64,000 nt of DNA, taken from sequence record LC727701.1, one strand, 5' to 3'. The notes below the pieces were generated by a model. That model ran no database searches. It was not told where the DNA came from and saw only the letters and a list, made by a program, of their open reading frames with translations. The position numbers were made by a program, and so were the translations under genes. The stretch's first letter is position 1; each line of letters opens with the position of its first letter. Positions 55,000-64,000 of this stretch are shown piece by piece.

Positions 55000-57492
55000 A
55001 TGCAGATCAAGCTACTTAAGCTAATTGGCTATACTAGGTTGATGGCCAATAATACACATTATTTTGAATGGACTCCAAGCAAACAGATGATGGTTATACT
55101 TGGTAGTAATGGTTCTGGCAAATCATCTATTATTAGTGAACTGACACCTGTTGTATCTAGCAGTTCAAACTTCAAGCAAGGTGGCGAGAAACATTTCCAT
55201 TGTCATGCAAATGGTAAAGACTATAAATTAATTTCTAAATATAACCGTGGCACTGGACATCATTCCTTTTTATGTAATGATGAAGAATTAAATAGTGGTC
55301 ATACCTTTAAAGAACAAGAAGAACTTGTAATGGCGCATTTCGGGTTAAACCGAGAACTGCATGAAATGTTGACAGGTAAGATGCGTTTTACAAAGTTAAA
55401 ACCTAATGAACGTAAAGCATGGTTAACTAGAATGTCTGTAGTTAACCTTGATTATGCATTTAATGTTTATAACAAAGTACGTAAAGAATTATCTAACCAG
55501 CAAGGTACTGTTAAAACAATTAATAAGCGATTGGTCACAGAACACCATGGGGTATTGAATGATTCAGAAATGACACAGTTGAAAGAAGTGAAACAACGGT
55601 TAGTTAGTCGTATTGATTTACTTTATAAAACACGTGATAAGAAAGGTGTCCTTCATTTTAGAGATGAAACCACTGCACGTAAAGAATTAGATTCTATCTT
55701 AGATGAAGCTCGTTCATTGTTAATGTCATTTCCAATGTTACCTATTCAAGTTAAAGTAGATGGGTATGAATCTTTCTTAGAACTAAATAATAAGAAGATT
55801 GAAGAATATAAATCTATACAAGCAGTTATTGCACGTTTAGTTGAAGAATTAGAAGAATTAAAAAGCTCTAATCCGAATACAGCTGAACGTATGTCTCCAG
55901 AAGAAATACAAGAACTTAAGGACAGACATGAACATCATACACGCATTGCTGAAGAAGCTATTAGTAAATATAAGAAGTATACCGGTAGATTTCCTTTGGT
56001 TGACATTTCTGTTAACGGTGATCCATCTGGTAAACTTACTGATCTCTCAGATCGTTGGATCAAACTTCTCACTACATTTCCTAATAATGAGAATGGTTAC
56101 TTAAGTAAAGAAACTGCTATTAAAAATGCAGAAAGGCTAAAAGAATTAAAAAGTAAATATTCAACCATGGAAGGCATGTATTTACAAATTAATCAACGCC
56201 TAAATTCATTTAAGGAATGTGCATCTATTATTTGTCCATCGTGCACTCATTCATTTAAACCTGGTGTTAGTGAACAAGATATCACAATAGCAGAAGAGCG
56301 CAAAGCTAAGTTAGATGAAGCAATGGATAGCTGTTCAAATGAGATCAAGGTTCTTGAACAGTACATGACTGATTTCAATGAATATGTAAGTTATGTACAT
56401 GGCTACGTTCAATTAACGAAAGAGTATAATGAATTTGATACGCTATGGAACTATGTAGCTGAGCATATCGTAATGTATCGCACACCAGCAAAATATATAA
56501 ATGATGCATTAGACTGGCGAGATGCAATGCAGCAACTCATTGTCTCTAAGCAAGCTCATGCGGAAGCTACTTTATTAGCTCAACGACTACGTGTTATTGC
56601 TGAGATGGATCAAGATGCATTAGGATTCATTAAGGCACGTACAACTGCACTAGAAACTGAAATTAATAATAAAACACATGTAGCAACTGACTTACAAAGA
56701 AAAGCAGCTCATTTCAATAAAGCTGGTAATGCTATTCGTGAATGGGAAGATAAGTATCATTCTTTTATTGAACGGTGGGAGCAGTTTATTAAAAAGATAG
56801 TGGATACAGCTGACAACTTTGTAGATAAGGCATACCAAGCGGAGATTGATGCTGTTAACTTAGAACTATCTAGTGTACATAGCCGTTTAAGTGAAATGGA
56901 ACGTCATGAAGAACGTATTAAAGTTTTAGAATCAGAAGTTAACCATGCACAACAAATGGCTACTGATTTAGCTATTCTTGAAAAAGCACTATCGCCAAAA
57001 AGTGGTATTCTTGGTCGTTATTTATTAGGTTTCTTACAAGGAGTAGTTAAACTAGTAAATGCATACATCAATGAGATTTGGACTTATAGGTTAGAAGTAT
57101 TACCTTCTAATGTTGACAAAGATGGCATGGATTATAAGTTCCCAATGCATATTGCAGGTGGCGATGTTCAGCCACCGGACATTGAATACGGGTCTGACTC
57201 ACAATTAGAGATTGTTGATTTTGCTTTTAGAATGGCTATCTTGAAATTTTTACATCTAGATGACATGCCCCTTTTCTTAGATGAATTTAGCAGGACTTTT
57301 GATGAACAACATCGAGCCAATGCTATTCCATTCATTAACAGGTTAATTGAAAATGGCATTGTTAATCAAGTGTTCTTCATCAGCCACTTTGAATCAACAC
57401 ACGGTGCATTTAACCAAGCTGAATTTATTGTACTTGATCCAGCTAATATTAGTACTCCAGAAGTATTTAATAAAAATCTAGTATTAAAATAA
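55000..57492 (+). CDS. sbcC: SbcC/Rad50-like SMC ATPase (gp165-like)
   Basis: Walker A GSNGSGKSS, coiled coils with central CPSC zinc hook, signature GSDSQ, Walker B LFLDE, ISH. Confidence 0.92.
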   Translation: MQIKLLKLIGYTRLMANNTHYFEWTPSKQMMVILGSNGSGKSSIISELTPVVSSSSNFKQGGEKHFHCHANGKDYKLISKYNRGTGHHSFLCNDEELNSGHTFKEQEELVMAHFGLNRELHEMLTGKMRFTKLKPNERKAWLTRMSVVNLDYAFNVYNKVRKELSNQQGTVKTINKRLVTEHHGVLNDSEMTQLKEVKQRLVSRIDLLYKTRDKKGVLHFRDETTARKELDSILDEARSLLMSFPMLPIQVKVDGYESFLELNNKKIEEYKSIQAVIARLVEELEELKSSNPNTAERMSPEEIQELKDRHEHHTRIAEEAISKYKKYTGRFPLVDISVNGDPSGKLTDLSDRWIKLLTTFPNNENGYLSKETAIKNAERLKELKSKYSTMEGMYLQINQRLNSFKECASIICPSCTHSFKPGVSEQDITIAEERKAKLDEAMDSCSNEIKVLEQYMTDFNEYVSYVHGYVQLTKEYNEFDTLWNYVAEHIVMYRTPAKYINDALDWRDAMQQLIVSKQAHAEATLLAQRLRVIAEMDQDALGFIKARTTALETEINNKTHVATDLQRKAAHFNKAGNAIREWEDKYHSFIERWEQFIKKIVDTADNFVDKAYQAEIDAVNLELSSVHSRLSEMERHEERIKVLESEVNHAQQMATDLAILEKALSPKSGILGRYLLGFLQGVVKLVNAYINEIWTYRLEVLPSNVDKDGMDYKFPMHIAGGDVQPPDIEYGSDSQLEIVDFAFRMAILKFLHLDDMPLFLDEFSRTFDEQHRANAIPFINRLIENGIVNQVFFISHFESTHGAFNQAEFIVLDPANISTPEVFNKNLVLK

Positions 57493-57507
57493 TTATAAGC
57501 AACATAA

Positions 57508-57528
57508 GCCCTCCCGCAATGGGAGGGC
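57508..57528. terminator. Bidirectional terminator
   Basis: GCCCTCCC-GCAAT-GGGAGGGC. Confidence 0.85.
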
Positions 57529-57534
57529 ATTATA

Positions 57535-57711
57535 TTAGTAACTATCTTTATAAGTGCTATTAAGTGAAACACTTTCAAAACTCTTTTTATTTTTATCAGC
57601 CTCAACAAAGTCTTTACCAACTGATTGTGGTATACCAACTTTCTTAGCAAACTTCTTATCATTGGCTACAGCAGCCATGAAGTTATGTTGTTTTTTACTT
57701 TTACTAGGCAT
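57535..57711 (-). CDS. Small basic protein, 58 aa (MPSKSKKQHNFMAAVANDKKFAKKVGIPQSVGKDFVEADK...), not in the ORF track
   Basis: Translated by hand; GAGGA SD 7 nt upstream; TAA at 57535-57537 abuts the terminator. Confidence 0.8.
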   Translation of the reverse strand: MPSKSKKQHNFMAAVANDKKFAKKVGIPQSVGKDFVEADKNKKSFESVSLNSTYKDSY

Positions 57712-57737
57712 CGTATATTCCTCTAAGTTTTCACAAC

Positions 57738-57768
57738 TACACTAAAAAATAATTAAGATTTATATTAC
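57738..57768 (+). promoter_or_regulatory. phiKZ-type early promoter
   Basis: TATATTAC at 57761-57768 with upstream TACACTAAAAAA..TTAAGAT, similar to the other two copies. Confidence 0.75.
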
Positions 57769-57802
57769 TACTATGCATACAATATCTTAAGAGGTTAATG
57801 AC

Positions 57803-58198
57803 ATGTTTAATCAACAATATAATCCAAATAGTTCAGCTAAGGTAATGGAGACATTACATGCCTGTGCTAAACTTATTAAGGAAATGTTTTATTATAATGA
57901 TCAATATGTTCAAGTAGAATCGGCTTATACAGATGATCCAATCCAAGCATCCATTGAAACAGTAAATGATGGGTATTACAGATTAGTTATTCAAGACACC
58001 ACACCAGATAGTACGTGGCCAGTGTGGGCAGTTGTTTTTATCAGACAACGTGGTGGAGATATTAAGTGTCTCCATATTATCAATCGTATTACTGGAGTAT
58101 CTGCAAATATAGATACGCAATTCAACTGTGATTCTTTTTACTCTGTTATTGATTTACTATTAGATCATTATCGAGTATTAACTTCGATGGAATACTGA
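57803..58198 (+). CDS. Early hypothetical protein, 131 aa
   Basis: GAGGT SD; lies between an early promoter and a terminator. Confidence 0.8.
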   Translation: MFNQQYNPNSSAKVMETLHACAKLIKEMFYYNDQYVQVESAYTDDPIQASIETVNDGYYRLVIQDTTPDSTWPVWAVVFIRQRGGDIKCLHIINRITGVSANIDTQFNCDSFYSVIDLLLDHYRVLTSMEY

Positions 58199-58208
58199 TA
58201 TACATATT

Positions 58209-58230
58209 ACCCTCTCCTTCGGGAGGGGGT
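58209..58230 (+). terminator. Terminator hairpin
   Basis: ACCCTCTCC-TTCG-GGAGGGGGT, then TTATAT. Confidence 0.8.
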
Positions 58231-58250
58231 TTATATCGCATTAATTTTTT

Positions 58251-58286
58251 TATTACACTAAAAAAAGTTTAAGATCTATATTACAG
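58251..58286 (+). promoter_or_regulatory. phiKZ-type early promoter
   Basis: TATATTAC at 58277-58284; 35/36 nt identical to 6544-6579. Confidence 0.8.
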
Positions 58287-58339
58287 ACATGTATCTATAT
58301 TGGATACTTATTAAAACTTAATGATTAGGAAAATAGAAA

Positions 58340-58546
58340 ATGAAAGTACTAAAGATCGCAGCTGCAATTATCTCAACTGGTGCCCTCGCTGTTGCCGCTA
58401 TTAATCTATATAAGGCCGTTTCTAAATCAACCGTTATTGATGACACCGTAGCTGATGATGATACGGTACTAGACAGTGAAGTAGATATTCTAACTGATGA
58501 GCTAGATAAAATCGATATTGATGATAGTGCTCAACAAGTCGATTAA
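58340..58546 (+). CDS. Early small protein with N-terminal membrane anchor and acidic tail
   Basis: MKVLKIAAAIISTGALAVAAINLYK, then D/E-rich; AGGA SD. Confidence 0.75.
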   Translation: MKVLKIAAAIISTGALAVAAINLYKAVSKSTVIDDTVADDDTVLDSEVDILTDELDKIDIDDSAQQVD

Positions 58547-58564
58547 ATAATAGGGTTATCGCTA

Positions 58565-58993
58565 ATGGCGGCATTCACTTTAGCAAACTTAATGGGTGAG
58601 CTAAAGAAGAGTTCCGTCATTGACTTATTCAACGATGGAAAGGTCAAGGCAGAACTCTATCCAGCTCATATGACATATATGGGTAGTGTGGTTGACTTAC
58701 ATCGTGTAGGCGATACATTCAGCTTCTATGTTGCAGATGGACATGGAGGCGTCACACGCTATCCATGTAGTAATCAGATTCTTGAATCGATAACATTAGA
58801 ACCAGATGTTTATTATAAGTTAACTGGTAAAAAAGTTATTGAGAAAAGAATTGAATTACCAGCTGTTACAGTACCAATTGAAGAACCCGCTAAGCGCATG
58901 CCGCTGGAAACAATCACATCAGTTGCTGTTATTGGCGGGTTTATTTTGTACGTTGGTACACGGTTTTATAAAGCATGTAAAAAATTAAAATAA
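58565..58993 (+). CDS. Early protein with C-terminal TM helix
   Basis: ITSVAVIGGFILYVGTRFYKACKKLK. Confidence 0.75.
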   Translation: MAAFTLANLMGELKKSSVIDLFNDGKVKAELYPAHMTYMGSVVDLHRVGDTFSFYVADGHGGVTRYPCSNQILESITLEPDVYYKLTGKKVIEKRIELPAVTVPIEEPAKRMPLETITSVAVIGGFILYVGTRFYKACKKLK

Positions 58994-59000
58994 TACGGTC

Positions 59001-59699
59001 ATGCAGTATACTTTAGGTACAATAACCCTAGAGGAAACTGCAATGGCCGTATTAGACCGTCAATTTAATATTCGTTTAAATGGTGCTGATTTAGATAAAC
59101 AAAAGCGAATTATTAAAGAAATTTATACCAGGATTGCAAATGTGAATAACACAGTAATCAATGGTACTACTGTAAGACTGATTTTATTTGTTAAAGCTAA
59201 TGGCCAAGTGGCTACTGGAAGCGATGCTATTAAACTAATCAACGATGCAGAAACTAATCTACAGGCGTGGGTTCTTTCTAATCGCTTTATCTTTAAATGG
59301 ATGTTTAGCCATGCTAGTGATTTTGGTGCAATCTCTTCCAATTTTGAAGAAGTTTCACCAGGTGTTTATGATTGGAGTAAACGCCGTAGCTTTAATAAAG
59401 AATTTGATGATGAGCTAGCTAAAGCAAAAGAACGAAAACTAATTCGTCAAAATAAACCTACTCTATTTAAAACTATTAAGAAAGTAGGTAAAGCTGCATA
59501 TGAAACTATTTCAGATAACTCAACTGCAATCGTAAGTTTAACTGCTATTGGACTATTAGCTCTTAAAGTAACATCTGATCATAATCAAGTTATTAACCAA
59601 ATGAATGTTATTAAGAAATCAATTGGTAATATTGAGCTACCACCTGTTGAAGTAATCGTAAATACAGTTGGTGATGTATTAGATATCGATTTGTATTAA
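59001..59699 (+). CDS. Early hypothetical protein with a hydrophobic segment near the C-terminus
   Basis: 232 aa; STAIVSLTAIGLLAL. Confidence 0.75.
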   Translation: MQYTLGTITLEETAMAVLDRQFNIRLNGADLDKQKRIIKEIYTRIANVNNTVINGTTVRLILFVKANGQVATGSDAIKLINDAETNLQAWVLSNRFIFKWMFSHASDFGAISSNFEEVSPGVYDWSKRRSFNKEFDDELAKAKERKLIRQNKPTLFKTIKKVGKAAYETISDNSTAIVSLTAIGLLALKVTSDHNQVINQMNVIKKSIGNIELPPVEVIVNTVGDVLDIDLY

Positions 59700-59708
59700 G
59701 TGCATAAC

Positions 59709-59729
59709 GCCCTCCCATTACGGGAGGGC
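59709..59729. terminator. Bidirectional terminator
   Basis: GCCCTCCC-ATTAC-GGGAGGGC. Confidence 0.85.
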
Positions 59730-59744
59730 TATATGTCGTTAATA

Positions 59745-60260
59745 TCAATCGTTTTCTAATTCTTTTTCTCGTGCAGCATCCATCCGCTCCATAAATGCAT
59801 TGGATTCCTCCATGATGATACCGATTTCAGTTTCACCTTCTTCAATAGTGTAATTCTCAAATTCCTCATCAGGAATATCTGGAATCTCACGTGGTGTTGC
59901 AGGGACATCATTCGGATCACGTATTAATGGATTACGGTTCATTTGCATCTTAACGAATTCAGCAAAGCCTTCAGCAAGTTCACGGTTAGAGCGTGCACCC
60001 TCAGAATCAACTTGAATACGACGGTTAGCAATTGTTGTCTTATCCATTGAATCTGTTAATTTAAGAATCATATCAACTGATTCTTTATCAGTAGGTACTT
60101 TACCAGTTGTATTTTCTAATACAGCTTTTAGTACTTTCTCTTTAACTGATTGTGTATACCGTATCTGCTGCTCATATTCTAGATCAGCATATACCTTTTC
60201 TTCTGTAGTTGATGATTTCTTTTCTAAAGGCTCATCAGATAAATCTGCACCATGGAACAT
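59745..60260 (-). CDS. Acidic helical hypothetical protein, 171 aa
   Basis: GAGGA SD; clean ORF. Confidence 0.8.
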   Translation of the reverse strand: MFHGADLSDEPLEKKSSTTEEKVYADLEYEQQIRYTQSVKEKVLKAVLENTTGKVPTDKESVDMILKLTDSMDKTTIANRRIQVDSEGARSNRELAEGFAEFVKMQMNRNPLIRDPNDVPATPREIPDIPDEEFENYTIEEGETEIGIIMEESNAFMERMDAAREKELEND

Positions 60261-60339
60261 TTTATTATCCTCTAATTAGTAATAGTAATACCTAACATAC
60301 TTACCATATGCTAAGTATCTGAAAAATAGGTCCTATATC

Positions 60340-60864
60340 ATGTTTAAGAAACTTATTCAATATTTCCGGGGCTTCCAAAAGGAAGTTGGTAAAGAACAAC
60401 TTCTAACTGAATTAGAACGGATAGATAAAGATATTATTTCAGGTGAGGAACGATTAAAAGCTATTAATAATTTCTGGCAATTAATTAATCTGGATGAATT
60501 AAAAACTCTGACCATCAGGAAGATGATAGGTGTTCCTGTCTATCTAAGACATTACAGTATTGGTTATTTATTAGATGCTCTAACTAGGTTAAATGATCAT
60601 ATTGCAAATGAAGATGATCTAAAGATTAGTGAAATGTGTCGTACTGAGTTTATCGACAGGAAATCAATTGACCTTGATGAATATTTTATAAACAGTAATG
60701 ATAGTTTTATTGATGTATGTAAATCTATTGAAACTATGCGTGACTTAATTTGGCAACAAACTGAATATCTTGAACAGATTAACCATCAAGCATATCAGCG
60801 CCAGATGGATAGAATGTACTATGATATTATTGAACTATCAAGAGCAATTATTAAGTTACTATGA
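60340..60864 (+). CDS. Hypothetical protein, 174 aa
   Basis: AGGT SD; clean ORF. Confidence 0.8.
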   Translation: MFKKLIQYFRGFQKEVGKEQLLTELERIDKDIISGEERLKAINNFWQLINLDELKTLTIRKMIGVPVYLRHYSIGYLLDALTRLNDHIANEDDLKISEMCRTEFIDRKSIDLDEYFINSNDSFIDVCKSIETMRDLIWQQTEYLEQINHQAYQRQMDRMYYDIIELSRAIIKLL

Positions 60865-60934
60865 GGTGCAGACTATACAAGTATAAATTAATATAAAGTG
60901 TGTTTATTATCAATTCACCGTAGGTGTAAAAAAG

Positions 60935-61696
60935 ATGGAATCTGTAAAAGACTTATTAAGCGATCCTCAAAAAGGATTAAGGCAGGCAGAAGGGGTTTTG
61001 TGTTATGTTTTCCGGGAAGTACTACTGTGGCGTAATATGACACAGTTTGCTTGGGATAAACGTTTGAATGCATACTTTCAAAAACCACATAACAAGAATA
61101 ACCCAGATAAAGGTAATCTTAATAAAGCACTTAAAGCTGATACAATGAGTTGGGATGGCTTTAAGAAAGCTATTGATTTCTTATCACCTGTTAAAGCAAC
61201 ATTAGAGGTACGTCTGATTTGGGGTACATCAAAACCTGATTCAGTTTATACGATCAATATCGATCCAACTGAAGATGAGGTAACTTGCTCTGCAAATGAT
61301 TTCCCCTATGAAGAATGTGAAATTTTTAAGAATCAAAAACCAGCTACAACTACAATGGCCCATCTGTATAGGCATATTCTCTGGAAAGAAGGAATTAACC
61401 AGGAGAAGTGGGATAAGCTATGGGAAGAGTTTTTAAATAATCCAGTCAACCTTGTAGGATTGGATAAAAAGAAACTTACCTCATTGGCTAATACACAAAG
61501 GCGTGGTTTACTATCGCCCAATATGTCTTGGAATACATTAAGACGTGGATTCCTACTACTACGGCCTAAAGAGGAGAGATACACTCTTTCTCTACAATGG
61601 ACTGATGATCCTAATCTTCGAGATAAACTAGAGGACAGTGTGCATATTGTTCCTGTACCTGATCCTCATTGGGTGGAGCCTAATTCAAATGAATAA
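60935..61696 (+). CDS. Hypothetical protein with two tandem homologous domains, 253 aa
   Basis: Repeats ending MSWDGFKKAIDFL and MSWNTLRRGFLLL. Confidence 0.8.
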   Translation: MESVKDLLSDPQKGLRQAEGVLCYVFREVLLWRNMTQFAWDKRLNAYFQKPHNKNNPDKGNLNKALKADTMSWDGFKKAIDFLSPVKATLEVRLIWGTSKPDSVYTINIDPTEDEVTCSANDFPYEECEIFKNQKPATTTMAHLYRHILWKEGINQEKWDKLWEEFLNNPVNLVGLDKKKLTSLANTQRRGLLSPNMSWNTLRRGFLLLRPKEERYTLSLQWTDDPNLRDKLEDSVHIVPVPDPHWVEPNSNE

Positions 61697-62129
61697 TTCA
61701 GAAACCCCATGGGTACAAAATAATTATCCTGTAGATAGCATCATTGTAGATCAGAGCGGTAATACACCGCTCCCTGATCTATTTCAGTTTAATGGAAAAG
61801 AGAAGAAGACCACACTTGATAATGAGAATTTCTTTTCATTCAAAGGTCTTCGGATGTATCTCATCACTGGTAAAAAAGAAAAGGCTTTTCTTCAACCAGA
61901 GGTTAATTCCCATTATAAATTAGACTATGGTTTAAAGTATCAATACGTAGATGGACTTACCAATATCCTTCGTGATACCCTATTATTAAATCTTAATAGT
62001 CGACCATTCGTTTTATTTAAAGCAAAAAGTTTTGGTCCATTAGTTTTATCAGGAGCAAACCTAACCATTCAAGAAAAAGAATGGTTTGAAATTGTTTGTG
62101 ATGTTATTAAATCAATCAAACAGAGATAA
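61689..62129 (+). CDS. Hypothetical protein
   Basis: GGAG SD at 61675 favours ATG 61689 (track start 61638). Confidence 0.7.
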   Translation: MNNSETPWVQNNYPVDSIIVDQSGNTPLPDLFQFNGKEKKTTLDNENFFSFKGLRMYLITGKKEKAFLQPEVNSHYKLDYGLKYQYVDGLTNILRDTLLLNLNSRPFVLFKAKSFGPLVLSGANLTIQEKEWFEIVCDVIKSIKQR

Positions 62130-62133
62130 CTTA

Positions 62134-63060
62134 ATGCATACTGAACATAGCCTTAAAATCAGTAAAAAGATTAACTTCCTTGTGCAAGTAGAAGCACGTA
62201 TTAATGAACTATATCAGCAAAGACAAAATATGTCAATTGATCAATTCTCAAAAGAATTTTTCAATGAATCACCTGATGTAGTTAAACAAGCTATCACTGA
62301 GCTATATACAACATATCCATTCCAAGATGAAACTAATCCAAAACGGCAAAACCTTCGTTTAGCTATATTTATCCACGATAATGATGTTAGTTGGATTAGT
62401 TCAATTCTAGGCGTAGATGAATTTAATAATGTTTTAAGGCACGCAGATATTTTTTATAATTATGTTAGTAGTTGCGAGACTGTTGTTCAGCGTAATTATT
62501 ATGCGTCTTTACCAGATTACCGTGGCTACATGTATGCTATCTATGAAGAGGCATTCAACCGCGTTGCCCCACTAGTCAATAAGTATTTAGATATTGATGC
62601 ACATGACAGTGTTTCATTTTTAGAAACACCCCATGTTCTACCAAAAAAGAGTGTATCTATTAAAGATATTATTGATCCATTTGGTCCATATAAACCTAAT
62701 TACTGTATTAGTGATATTTATAGTGCACAAGCTACACAAGTAACAGAAAATACATATATCGCAGTTAATACATTTATCCGTACTGAGGTATATGAAAGAC
62801 TATGTGCTGAAGGCGATACTGTAGATAAGATTGTTATTTCAGATAAACAAAGTATTATTAATGATGAGGATTATATTAAACTAGTCCAAGATAAGATTAA
62901 TGCATTCCATAAAGAAATGGTAGATAATGATTTTATACTTTATGCGCCGTTTAATATGTCCAGGTTAATTTATGTAATGAAGGCTAAATATCCGATTAAA
63001 GTTACTATTAGTTGTAAGGGATTCAAGCATATTGGAAAATTTATTGCTTATAAAAAATAG
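62134..63060 (+). CDS. Hypothetical protein
   Basis: ATG 62134 just after the upstream stop preferred (track start 62086). Confidence 0.75.
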   Translation: MHTEHSLKISKKINFLVQVEARINELYQQRQNMSIDQFSKEFFNESPDVVKQAITELYTTYPFQDETNPKRQNLRLAIFIHDNDVSWISSILGVDEFNNVLRHADIFYNYVSSCETVVQRNYYASLPDYRGYMYAIYEEAFNRVAPLVNKYLDIDAHDSVSFLETPHVLPKKSVSIKDIIDPFGPYKPNYCISDIYSAQATQVTENTYIAVNTFIRTEVYERLCAEGDTVDKIVISDKQSIINDEDYIKLVQDKINAFHKEMVDNDFILYAPFNMSRLIYVMKAKYPIKVTISCKGFKHIGKFIAYKK

Positions 63061-63070
63061 TAGTTTTTAA

Positions 63071-64000
<930 letters not shown>

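Noticed and set aside
60862-60891. Readthrough of another TGA-ending gene (60340-60864)
   Set aside because: Only eight unremarkable codons follow before TAA, with no repeat motif or structure.

Overview
This window is a 64-kb segment of a phiKZ-like Pseudomonas jumbo phage (Phikzvirus, nucleus-forming Chimalliviridae). Gene order, lengths and recognisable proteins match phiKZ from about gp116 to gp174. gp numbers are assigned from recalled synteny, not from a search. It holds a DnaB-like helicase, the major capsid protein (MCP, gp120-like), subunits of both phage RNA polymerases, the portal, baseplate and tail-fibre genes, and a RuvC-like resolvase. It also holds spanins, the KZ144-type endolysin, collagen-like fibres, RecA/UvsX, RNase H, inner-head proteins, the PAAR tip and central spike, an SbcC/Rad50 ATPase and an early-promoter gene cluster. 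No tRNA, rRNA, CRISPR array, integrase, intron or intein was recognised. The strongest unexplained signal is at the MCP stop. The single UGA is followed in frame by 25 sense codons (AGKGYRYLENGTIRYLEDGNARKLE), then a double stop and the terminator. The extension has no start codon of its own and folds into a stem-loop just 3' of the UGA. It shares an exact 30-nt sequence and an RxLE[ND]G repeat with the C-terminus of the gp143-like protein 25.6 kb away. This suggests programmed stop-codon readthrough that gives a minor capsid form carrying a shared docking peptide (inference). Other leads are a hairpin-dense non-coding island beside the helicase gene and an intact plus degenerate 2OG-Fe(II) oxygenase pair in the fibre operon. 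There are also a second spanin-like pair, two mutually exclusive hairpins before the endolysin, and a 58-aa gene missed by the ORF track.
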